DNA of 64,000 nucleotides from Klebsormidium nitens (lineage: Eukaryota; Plantae; Klebsormidiophyceae). The notes beneath the pieces were generated by a model. The model worked only from the letters and a program-made list of their open reading frames with translations. It was not told where the DNA came from and did no database searches. Made by a program: the position numbers and the translations under genes. The stretch lies in the NCBI GenBank assembly GCA_000708835.1, contig DF237383.1:14290-78289 (forward strand). The letters run 5' to 3'. Shown here one piece after another: positions 1 through 10,700 of the stretch (its first letter is position 1; the number at the start of each line of letters is the position of its first letter).

Positions 1-1074
1 AAGATTCCACCGCCCGCCTTTGACCCGATTAGGTGGGCAATTTAGGGAACCAGTCTCATTGCGCCAGAACCGTTCGTTACGTCCTAATTGTATCGGGACA
101 AGATCTGACCGTCGACTGCAGATTCGGAACTCTGAAGCTACTAGGGAGTTGCTGACGTAACGTACAGCTCTTGAGTCTTGAGGGAGCCTAGCTAGTACGG
201 TGTACCGTGTGTCACAGCGAGTCGCCAACGGCAGACTACGGTAATATGATTGAGAATCTTGGGTTGCGAGAAGGTGAAATCTCCGGGCTGAGCTGCCCCG
301 CTGAGCCCCGCTGATCAGGAGGGGGCTTCCCCCGACTCTTGTCTTTCTGTGGTTTCCTCTCAGAGAATCTCTTTCCCCCACTTGAGTGCTTGCGGCTTGC
401 ATTGCGCACCATATTCACGTTGCATGCACGACGCCCAGGCTGTGATCCTTGATTTGACATTCTACAGAGAACCGGTTCCTTTAACGGTATCCTACGTTTC
501 ATTGCAATCGTACAAGCTGTAGCTCGAAACACACGTGACACAGTTGACGGCGCATACGTACATGCATAACATTGTCGGGTACCATGTAGAAGACCTCTCT
601 CTGCCTGCCAGCATGCGTAGAACTCGCTGCCTACAAGCAGGACTGCGGCGTTGACAGGATTGAACAAAATCAAGCTGCGATTAACAAGTTTCCGGCTTTG
701 TTGGCTCGCTTCAGGAAAGTTGGGGGCCGTGGAGAGATTGGGGAGCTGAGCTATCAAGCACTGTGCGCTTGCTGGATGCAACGGCGGCCAGCAGTCAAAA
801 CAGCTGCGACTCAACAGCAAAAGATGGTGAGGTAATCCAGCAAACGCAAGTTGGCTTTGTGCTTTAAGCTTTGCTCGCAGCGTCGCACAGAATACTCTGA
901 ATTGACGGGCTAGCTCATATGACAGCTGGCGCACTGATCGCTCATGCGCCCACCTGCTTCAACAGCTGGTTTTTGAGTGGGAAAGCTCTTTTATGCTCAG
1001 CCAAGCGGGGACAGGCAGACACGGTTCAGGTCTGGGATTGAGGCCTCATGCCCCACTGATTGGCTATAAGGATC

Positions 1075-1296
1075 ATGATCATATTCGGCGATGCCAAGAA
1101 AGATACAATTAAGCTCAAGCTGAGTGTAGATTCTTCTGACACTGTGAAGAAGGACTTACAATTTATTGCTTCCAAATGGCATCAATTAATATGGAAAGCT
1201 TTACAATCTCAGAGACAACGAGAGTCTGGCCCAGAATGGTTACCTCTAGGCTCCACCGATTGGACCTTTTCTGCCCTTCAAAAGCTGGCCTCTTAG
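1075..1296 (+). pseudogene. Possible degenerate ubiquitin-like ORF
   Basis: MIIF...TIKLKLSVDSSDTV...HQLIW loosely parallels ubiquitin MQIF...TITLEVESSDTI...QRLIF. No C-terminal di-Gly. Visual similarity only. Confidence 0.25.
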
Positions 1297-1639
1297 ATTG
1301 GGGCCAGGCTCCAGAAACGTAACAGTTTCACAGCAAGTACTGGTGGGCATTTCGGGCAATCCTGAGTTAAATTTATGTGCAGCGCATCTCTACCGAGTTT
1401 ATGTTTTAAAAAGCTCTGGTATCACTTCGTCAAGCTGCCTGGCGGTGACATAATACTGTAGACACAAATGTCCAAACATTTTATCACCACCCTCCTCAGA
1501 CGGCATCTTCTCTAGCAAAAGAATCAATCAAATTCCAATCGCCTCTTTTCGCAAACTGCCAACGACCCAAGCAAATCTTCCCCTCCCTCTTCCTATGCTC
1601 TCATCATGAAATAATACTTACCCCTCCCCCCCCCTCGTT

Positions 1640-2583
1640 TTGCAGGCTTCCCTAGCCCCGTTCCTCCTCGCCGTCCTGGCCCTTTGCGCCGCCGCCCCCG
1701 CCGTCGCAGCCCGCGAGCTCCTCCAATCAGCTGCGACCATTTCTCCAAACATCACGCAGCTCTCCAGAAATGGGGAATCGGTTGGCGTGACCTTCACTAA
1801 CCCAAACCCAAGTGTGAACGATGCCATCGCGTTCGTTGTTCCGGATACCGCGGACTACAAGAAGACCGCCCCACAAAAGATTAGATGGGCGATCGAGTCG
1901 GGGCCTGCGGGGCAGTACCTGGCAACCAAGCAAGGGACACTCAAGTAAGCTGCTGATTCTGTTCATTCCTTTGCAACGTCAAAACCGTTGCAGTTACAGA
2001 TGAAAATCAGTTGTTCACTGCAGCGTCCTTTTGTGACGAGCTTTACCCAAGAATTAAAAGCTCATTCTGATTTGCTGAGGCTCTGAAGAAGGGATCTAGG
2101 GAAGGGGATTGTGCTATCAAGTACTTGCAGATCTGCTGGATCCATTCTAGGAGAATTGTGTGCAATCCAGTCTCATGTGTTGGATGGACATTGAATTTGG
2201 AAGGAGTTCTCTTTTCGACCCCGCATTCTTCGAAAGTTGCTGAGCTCCTTAGAAGGCTCGGTATACCAAGAAACGCGGACGTGCCATATCCATTCGAGAT
2301 TCTAGATCCGCACACTGAGATCTCCTACTGATCTTCAAACCGAAATTCCTTAACCATTCAGCTCGGAAAGTTCTCCAACGTCAGATTCCTGATACTTTGT
2401 CCATTATCTTCGCAGTTTCCCATCCTGAATCACCGCCAGTCGTTCAATTTCATCTTCGTGACCAACGTCAAGACGAGCGGCTGGCAGGGCAACTTCACGC
2501 TGCTCGCGCAGACTGCCCCATTCCGCTGGCCAACCTTGATGAGCCGACCGCCAGTCATATCAACATTGGCAAGGACGTGCGAC
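1640..2583 (+). pseudogene. Truncated purple acid phosphatase (nucleotide pyrophosphatase/phosphodiesterase type) N-terminal fragment
   Basis: Signal peptide (LAPFLLAVLALCAAAPAVAA) followed by an Fn3-like PAP N-domain (GESVGVTFTNPNPSVNDAIAF...TAPQK...YLATKQGTLK). Exon 2 from 2416 reads FPILNHRQSFNFIF...LLAQTAP and, after a 1-nt shift, IPLANLDEPTASHINIG. The nearest ATG (1606) is followed by TAA, the splice phases mismatch, and no metallophosphatase exons were found downstream. Confidence 0.6.
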
Positions 2584-4246
2584 GTGAGTCGATTAGGACC
2601 TTGTCTCGTGATACGACTTGATTCTTTGCATGCCGGATCTCTGCTACTTTTCCCTTGTTTTGGAGCCGTTCTGCTTCAACTGATCTTTCTCTCAAGCCCC
2701 AGTACGACTTCGGCGATGTCAAATTGCGGGATCGCTTCTTCTGTCCTTCGTCAGTAGGCCTTTCCTAGTCCCGACGGATCCAGACTTCTGCGTACCGTTT
2801 GCTTGCACCACTGGATTAGAGGGCGGCGTCTCAAGAACCAAAAGGTCAACCTCATCTCTGCGAGCGCAGCCAGTCGACCTGTTCCATAAAGTCCTGAAGG
2901 AGGTGGTCGATGTGGCAAATGCTAAACCAGCCCCTTTGCGCACTGCTTAGTACTCCTTTTATTAACTCGCAGGCCGTTCGCCGACTTTCCTTAGTCGAAC
3001 AAGAGCCTCAAATTTGACCAAGGCTTTCTTTCAGATTGAGGTCTGTTCGTTGCAGATCTGTCGTATTAGCGGATTGACCGAGCGTTTTCCTGGCGAGCAG
3101 TCCCTTGCCTCGTCATGAGTTCTGCTTTTCGTTTCATCTTGTCTTCTAAAACCAGGACTCAAATCGTTCTCAGAACCGATATGAAGCGAAGAAAGTACAC
3201 AGAATCTCGTGTAAATGGCAAGGAGGCGAGCACAGTCAAGGAGTCTGGAGGAAGCTTGACGTGATTCGCCTGAAACGTCAATGTCAAACGGCTTTTCGTA
3301 TCGTCTCGGGTAGTCCCGCTTTTTCAGGTTTGCGGGTTTCGCAACCTGCCGGGCGCGAGGCGCCGGGCGGCCAGGCGGTGGCGGCGACGTCGCGGCCGCG
3401 CGCGGCAGGAAGGTCGATTGATCTTGCGCTTTGAAGGCGCTGCAAACCGAGTGTTTATTTAGGAGACTATTAAAGAGGGCGTCGCAGGACCGGTCCTACA
3501 TGACGTCACAGAAGTGACATCGAAGCATGGATTTGTGGTACGCAGTCGCCTCAAATTGGTATCAGCGGTGTTTTCCCCGAGTAAAACTCTCTAATTTAAG
3601 TGACCGGTGCTGAGGTCAATAGACGCCCTCTTTAAGGACATGCGACTGGGCAAAACGCACGGGATGCCCGTTTATTCTTCACCCTCTCAGGCTTCCATTC
3701 TTCGAATAAATTAGATGGCAAACGTATCAAGGAATAGTCCTCATGCCTGATTACCTCACGAATACTTTCTACTGGTGTCGAAGTACGAGAGCGTATTCGG
3801 TTGCAGCTTGAAAACTCAGATCTGGAATATTGCCTCGATTGCCGCCAAGATGGCAGAGCTACCCACATTCCGCACTTGCTTACTACGTCGCTTGTGCGCA
3901 TTCTGGTGCCGAAAAGGCTCTTTGTCGCAATCAAATCACCCATCAGGGAAACCATCCCGCTTGCTCGCGGAACCAAGCGAAGATTGATATCCACATTGGT
4001 ACATGAACAGTCAGGCATTAAGCACTCGCAATCCAAACTTCAATGTTGAGACTGCCATGTCTTGTGCAAGTTGTATTGTGTCGAGGTGATAAGAATAGTT
4101 GTAATGTGTTGAGGTGATCGATATCACATTGAGAAAAATACATAAATCAGCCACGCTCAAGAGGGCCGGACTCTGAACCTACTACGACTTAGGTGCCTTG
4201 CAAGTCTAACATAGTTCTCTCTTTGAGTGGATTTTTGGAGCTTCTA

Positions 4247-6607
4247 CTACTTCCTTGCAAGACGCGTACGCCGTTGCTGTTCGTAACGCTCGATCGACCT
4301 AACTACGGCTTCGCTGCAACCTTCTCTAAGTCGTCTCGTGAAGAAGTAGTCATGAAGCGGCCAATTAGCGATGGACTCAGGCAGCTCCAGGAGAGCACTA
4401 CAGCCGGCTAGATTAACGGCGGAAAGATTGCACCAATCTCCTACACCACTTGGCAAAGATACAATTCCCGTGCAGCCCTTCAAACTAACCTGTGTTACGC
4501 TTCTCCATTCCCTAACTGAGTCGGGAAGCCCCTCCAAAGCAGTGCAAGCCTCCCGTCCTTCGCAGGTGCCCACGGTCAGCTCACGAAGACTATGCCAAGA
4601 GCCTACGCTCTCAGGCAAGCTCCTCAATCGTTTGCAACCACTTAGATCTATCCAAAGTAATGCCCTCCACTGGCCTACACTTTCTGGGAGTAATTCCAGA
4701 TTTGGACACGAAAGATGAAGGCCTTGCAAGCTGCTCCAAGCGCCGACGCTGACTGGCAAGCGCAGCAAGTCCGAGCTGATCAAGAAGAGGGACCGCAGCT
4801 GTCTCCATGCCCCAGCAGCTTTCTCTGGAAGCCTTTCCGTTTGGAGGCCATTAACACTCAGAATCTCCAACTTGGTCCACTCCTGAGTAGCTATTGGTAA
4901 GTCTGTCAAGACGCCAAAGTAGGCGTGCTGAAGGTTCTCCCAGGCCCCCGCCTCCGGTGGAAGAACTAGATTCACGCTAATTGCTTGATTGAAACAGATA
5001 CTTCTCAGCTGCTTCCAGTGGCACACCTCTTTGGGGAGCGTCAGCAACTTATTACATCTATATATGCCAAGCTGCTTTAAGTTCCTCCAGCCCCTGACCC
5101 CACTAGAAAGGTCGCAGATCATGCTGCACCCTTCGATGTTCACCAACTGGAGTTGGCCGCATGCCTTGACGGAAACAGGAAGACGCTCTATGCCAACTTT
5201 GGAAAGAAATAGCCGGGTCAAAGCGCCCCACGAGTCGACCCTCAAAGTATCGGACAGAAAAGTAGTTGAAACCGCACTTTCTCCTTCGGCTGAGTCCTCC
5301 GCGCATCTGAAGGCAACGTCCTCTTCGGCCAGCAGGCTCTTCATCTTCCAGCATTTTGACAACGTTATCTCTTTCAGGGAAGACCACCTCTGTGTTCCCT
5401 CGGGCAAGAATTGGAGGTTTTCGCACCCAGTGATGTGAGCTTCTTTCAGTTGAGACCAGCTGCCAACAGGCTCAGGAAGATATTCCAGAGCAGGGCAGTC
5501 GGTGAATCTGAGAGTCCTTAATTCTGTCCATTCACCGACACCTTCTGAAAGGTCCCTAATGCCGTCGCAGCCATGCAGGAGAAGGCTGCGTAGCCTTCCC
5601 CATCCCGCCACTCCCGAAGGCAATCGACCAAGGCTCTTGCAGTGGTAGAATTCTTCAGATCTCAAGGACCTCCATCCGCTTACAGAGGCGGGAAGATCAT
5701 ACAAGCCGACTTGATAGAGTTTGATCTCCTCCAACGCCTGCCAGGTCCCCACACCAGGCGGAAGATTCTTCAGTTCGGGGCACCATGACAAAGACAGCAT
5801 TCGCAAGCTGGACCAGGAGAACACCCCTTCTGGAAGGGACCGAAGATCGGGCGCACCATGAATCTTCAACAACGTCAGCTGACGCCAGGCTTTCACCTCC
5901 TCCTGGAGATACCGGAGCATAGGACAGGACTCGAGACGCAATTCTTGCAAGATCTCCCACTCTCCAATTGCACCACCTGGTGCCAACTCAACAGCAGTCA
6001 GTTTGAGTATCTTCAGGGACCTCAGCTTTGTCCAAAACCTGCTGGTTGGAGGCAAGGTGTCGCACTGATCCAGCTGCAGACTTTGCAGATTCTTCCACCC
6101 TCCGGATGCTTGGGACTGGAGGCCAAAATCAGGAACAAAAGCACCGTGAATTGAAATGCTCTGAAGCCTGTCGAACCCTCTGATAAGGTGTAGAGGCAGT
6201 GACTGCAACTGCAGGCGCTTTGACGTCATGCTTGGGGCAAAGTCGAAGCGCATATGCTTGATGTTTGTGGCGCTCAGGTCCAGGCACTGTGCTATCCTCT
6301 TGAATATGGCTGGAGAGGAAGTTTGGCCGCCTGTCTTGAACAAGACCTCCTCCACGCATGGGAAGAAGCTCAACAGCTTGAACAAGTGCTCTTCAAGGTT
6401 TTGTTCACAGTTGTTGCAGTTGACGAAGAGGCGCCTCTTTGCCTCTCTTCCGATTGTTTGCCACTGCCTGCATACTTGCGTAAAGCGCCTCAAAGACACT
6501 CTCAGACCACAAATGTCTTCGTCAAGAAAGCACGCTATCCTGACAAGAACGTCGCTGGGCAAGACGTCGTTGATGCAGGCTGCTTTCGCTTCACTTTGAG
6601 AAGCCAT
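4247..6607 (-). CDS. Intronless F-box protein with more than 20 LRRs of about 24 aa (786 aa)
   Basis: N-terminal F-box (INDVLPSDVLVRIACFL...FTQVCRQW). Repeats follow the consensus LxxLxLxxCxxLxxLPxxVGxW. Single uninterrupted ORF starting at ATG. Confidence 0.9.
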   Translation of the reverse strand: MASQSEAKAACINDVLPSDVLVRIACFLDEDICGLRVSLRRFTQVCRQWQTIGREAKRRLFVNCNNCEQNLEEHLFKLLSFFPCVEEVLFKTGGQTSSPAIFKRIAQCLDLSATNIKHMRFDFAPSMTSKRLQLQSLPLHLIRGFDRLQSISIHGAFVPDFGLQSQASGGWKNLQSLQLDQCDTLPPTSRFWTKLRSLKILKLTAVELAPGGAIGEWEILQELRLESCPMLRYLQEEVKAWRQLTLLKIHGAPDLRSLPEGVFSWSSLRMLSLSWCPELKNLPPGVGTWQALEEIKLYQVGLYDLPASVSGWRSLRSEEFYHCKSLGRLPSGVAGWGRLRSLLLHGCDGIRDLSEGVGEWTELRTLRFTDCPALEYLPEPVGSWSQLKEAHITGCENLQFLPEGTQRWSSLKEITLSKCWKMKSLLAEEDVAFRCAEDSAEGESAVSTTFLSDTLRVDSWGALTRLFLSKVGIERLPVSVKACGQLQLVNIEGCSMICDLSSGVRGWRNLKQLGIYRCNKLLTLPKEVCHWKQLRSICFNQAISVNLVLPPEAGAWENLQHAYFGVLTDLPIATQEWTKLEILSVNGLQTERLPEKAAGAWRQLRSLFLISSDLLRLPVSVGAWSSLQGLHLSCPNLELLPESVGQWRALLWIDLSGCKRLRSLPESVGSWHSLRELTVGTCEGREACTALEGLPDSVREWRSVTQVSLKGCTGIVSLPSGVGDWCNLSAVNLAGCSALLELPESIANWPLHDYFFTRRLREGCSEAVVRSIERYEQQRRTRLARK

Positions 6608-7748
6608 GCTCGATTCTCAAACCCTGCGCTCTGCTTCCTTCACGTTTGACTGCGCTTCGTGAAAATGATCAACAGAAATGCATCCGGCTGTTCCGGACGA
6701 GAACAACGCACCATTTCCATTTTTCCCTGATCTGCATTTGGAGCACATGACAAGGAACGGTCCAAAACGGCGCAATCTGCCACGTTGCACGAAGACAAGC
6801 TACGAAAACGCGCGCTAAGCCTTTGTTACTCGACGCGCGGCCCGGCACTTTTGCGACAATGCATCTGTGTTTTCCAGATTGCGCGGGCTGGCCAAAGGGT
6901 CTGACCTCGCGCCGAAGCCGGCACAGAGCACGCATTTTGGCAGGAATAAAGAACAACTTCATGTGGCCCGCAGCCCTTTGCATGACTATTCACCTTTTAG
7001 AGGCGGTACGTGCACTCCTGGCAAGACCAGGCAGGCTGCATGGCACATCAAAATACTGTAGCATACCATGCATCGCCATTCACACCAACTTGTGCGGCAA
7101 ACGCGCGCTCGACTCAGGAAACACAATGTGTATATGTACCATTGCAAATGCACAGTGCACGCCGGAGACCATGGGCTCACTCATATGCTCGTATATCTTA
7201 AAGGCGTTGCCGGCGGCCGGCCGCTCCAGCTAGGCCGCCATGGCGCGCATGCATACAGTGGATCAAATGCAAGCTAGTGGAGAGCGTGACGTGGTCGCGT
7301 TTGATCAAAGTATACCCGTACTTTTGGTCCCAAGCAAAGAAATCACAGTGGTCCGATCTGAGCTAGTCCGCGATGAACGCTTGAAATGATGTCTGGATTA
7401 CTGCCAGTCATGTTGGCTTGCATGAATTGAAATCGACTACAAGAAGCCGAAACCAACATGCCGCCTGCACCAACTTGATTGACCCTAACATTGATCATGC
7501 TCAAAGCAATCGTACTCCGGTGGATGCCAGAACTGCTGGCTCTAACCCCTTAACCAGCGCGCAAGGCTGATCAGTTTGCATCTCGCAAATAAGTTGCATG
7601 ACGTCGATAACGGTCGTATGTGGGCAGATGGCAAGCGAGAATCCAAATGTCTGATTGCTTCCGGAATAACACTTTCAAACGGATGCAATGAGCAGCTACT
7701 TCTGTCTTTGACGACTTACGAGCAGACGACCAGACACGAAGCGGTCTG

Positions 7749-10700
7749 CTACCGGTGTTGCTGTACCTTGATAGTCCGGAGCCTATTCAGAGCTGCCGCG
7801 ATTTCAAACACCCGCGGCCGCGCATAGGTCCCAAGATGCATGTGAGGAGCTAATACGTCTAGGCCCTTGGAATGGACTTCTCGCTCGAAGCTCGCCAGCA
7901 GCTGCTGAATGCTCTGGCGCCCTGCGAACAGACATCCAAGGATGCTAAGAGACGAGCCCGTATGCAAGCATGATACGACGAGGTCACAGCTTCGACAGTG
8001 GAGGCAATTTGACGTTCTTTATATGAGGTGCATCTTAGCAGAATTCCATGTTGGCGCCTGAACGTGGGCCAGCGAGACAAAATCCTGGTCTGGTGAACGA
8101 GTGTTTCAATGGACGCGTTCAGATTTTATCCGACCCGGGTGCACGTTTAGTTGCATAACCCCGATCAGTAACCTTCGTTTGACCACAGACACTGCTTGCT
8201 GGAAACAAGTTTTGTCCCCTTTTACTGCTGCTTTTCAGACCCTGTCATGCGTCCATTAAAGACACGGAAACGTATGATTTGTCGATGGAAGCTGCTGATC
8301 AAACGCCGACCTGATGGAAGCCGCAGAACTCACCGTCGACTGGTAACCGTCGGAACAGAGCGATGGCGTCAGCAACTGCCCGGGTCTGCGACTTCTCCGC
8401 AAGCTGCAGACGATACGCCAAAGCTAGCACGTCAGCAAACATGGCGCCAGTCTCATACGCGATTGACGCCGCCTTCGGTCGCGACAGGGAAGGCGGGGCG
8501 CGTGTTAAGTCCCAGAGCAACATCTGGCGGTTGCTTGGCAGAAGACGTCGCAATGAGTGCACATATGCCCGAGTCAACTATTTGGCAAGCACTGAAAATC
8601 TAAAAGATGGAGGATTGCGGAGAAGTACCTCCGTGTCTGCTCCTAGAGGGCCAACCTCTGGAACTGCCTCAAAGAACCAGAAACACGGATTCTGGGTCCC
8701 CATCGAACATTTGAAAGATCGATTCTAAGAAAAACTGGCCCAACCTCACCTGCTCGACAGCGGCCAGGTCGATTTCCTGGTCGCCAAATGAGATGACGTT
8801 CTTGGTGCGCGCGACGATTTTGATGTCCCGGTGCCCTCCCCCCGAGAGAGGGTAGATGTCGACGGGGAACCTAGAGACCAGTCTGCCGAACGGCGCGTTT
8901 CCGTTTTCCGGGGGGACGCCCGGCGCCCCCCCAAAGTCGGCCGCGATGGCTTTGGCTTCTGACGTCACGTCCCTTGGCGCGAAGCTCTAGCGGGTGAGAT
9001 AGGACGTCAGCACAGCGATAGCGCGCAGTGTCAGCTTATCATGACCTCTGCTTTTCGGTGATTAATAAAATTGTATGGCCATAGCATTGAGGTTTGCAGG
9101 TCGGAAGTGGTAGTGCAACGGTCAAGACTAGAATAAGTGCCTCACAATCTAATCTGGCAAAACAGGTCATTGGTCAGTGCAGGCTTGTGACAGAGCGTGA
9201 GAGAATCCGGAACAGAACTCCTCTGGTATATTGGAAATGCCACTCCTGAGATCCTTCGAGCGCTCACCTCCATCATTACGACGGTGTCCGCCACGTCGAA
9301 GTAATCTCCCGAGCCGCCCATGACTGCACATTTCACACCTTTTTGTCAGCGGGAGCTTTCTGCCCGACGGATCCGAGTGCTCCATATGATCATTTGTGTG
9401 CAGTGCAAGTACACAGCAGACCCCTGCATCGAGCTTGAAAAGCGACGCGCAAATTGCCGCTGACATGCGCGATCTGATTTTGAGGGATGAGGCCGTGCTG
9501 CTTGCAACGAGATCGAGCACGAACAATATTTGCGCAGTTGCCAGGGCTGAAAGATGCGTTGCTTGAGCGAGAGGCCGACACGCGGCGCGGTCTTCCTCAC
9601 CGAGAATCACTGAAGTGTCGTGCTGAGTCACCATTGGCCGGATCTGTGAGGCGAGAGAAAGATAACGTCAGCAGAGCGTCGATGACTTCAGCAGAGGGGC
9701 GATGAGAGGTTCCAGGAGAAGGACTCGAGAGATTGTACACAGGACAACTTGGCGCATCGTTGCGAGCTCAATCATTTGCCCAAAATGAGGTCCCTTGTGC
9801 CGTCGGTTGAGATGCGGGGTCAATGGGATTTCTTTCGGCAATCCAGGGCACTAAAAAGCTGATACTAGCAGAAAGTGGCCATCTCAAATCGTCCACGATC
9901 GGCCGAGCTTCCTAGTTTGTTCCGCAGGCACCTCGATCGGCTTTGCCTCAAAGCGGCAGGAGCTTCAAATCTTGGCTTTTCTAGAACATTTTTAAGCAAC
10001 TTGGCAGTATCATGCTTACAGCACGCGCTCACACTATCTACGCTCAACAAAGTTGCACGTCAATGTAATCGCAGTTGGAAGCACGACTGCCAACTTTTGC
10101 AACTCCCGATGGCGAGCCAGTTAAGCAACCAGTTCATTCATGAAGTAACCAACTCAGAGGATCCAAACCGGCAATGTAAGAGCTCAACACGTAAAGATGA
10201 GAAACCCGAAACTCTCCAGACCGTCGATTAATGTCTCCGAAAACGCACCTTGGCAATGAAGGGTGTGATGGGCTCCTTTTCTTTGGCCACCAGCGCCTGC
10301 ATGCGCGCATCCCGTATCATGAAGTTGGTGGCGCACGTGTCCTCGTCCACCAATAGCGTCTTCGCGCCGACCTCCAGCGCCTCGATGATGTTCGTCGCCT
10401 GAATAGAAAACATACGCGATGACTGGAGGCATAAGAGATGGACGAAGGCATGATTTGTGGGGGCACGTGTCGTCGTCCACCAACAGCGTCTTCGCACCCA
10501 CTTCCAGTGCCTCGAAGAAGTTGGTCGCCTGTTAAGAGAACAGATGCGATGGAACGGGGCATAAGAGATGGGCGGAAAGGCGAGCCAAGAAGCGTTTCTG
10601 CACCATTCTCCAGCGCCTTACTATACTTGGCCCCTGGACAAGGGGAACATACGCGCGGATTTTATAAGAAATGCACGGACATGAAGGCCGGGTTTTGTGT

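Noticed and set aside
236-934. 232-aa minus-strand ORF
   Set aside because: No recognisable domain or motif. Cannot be supported as a gene from sequence alone.
3330-3450. Very GC-rich stretch with splice-like flanks
   Set aside because: Open in several frames but no frame gives an identifiable protein.
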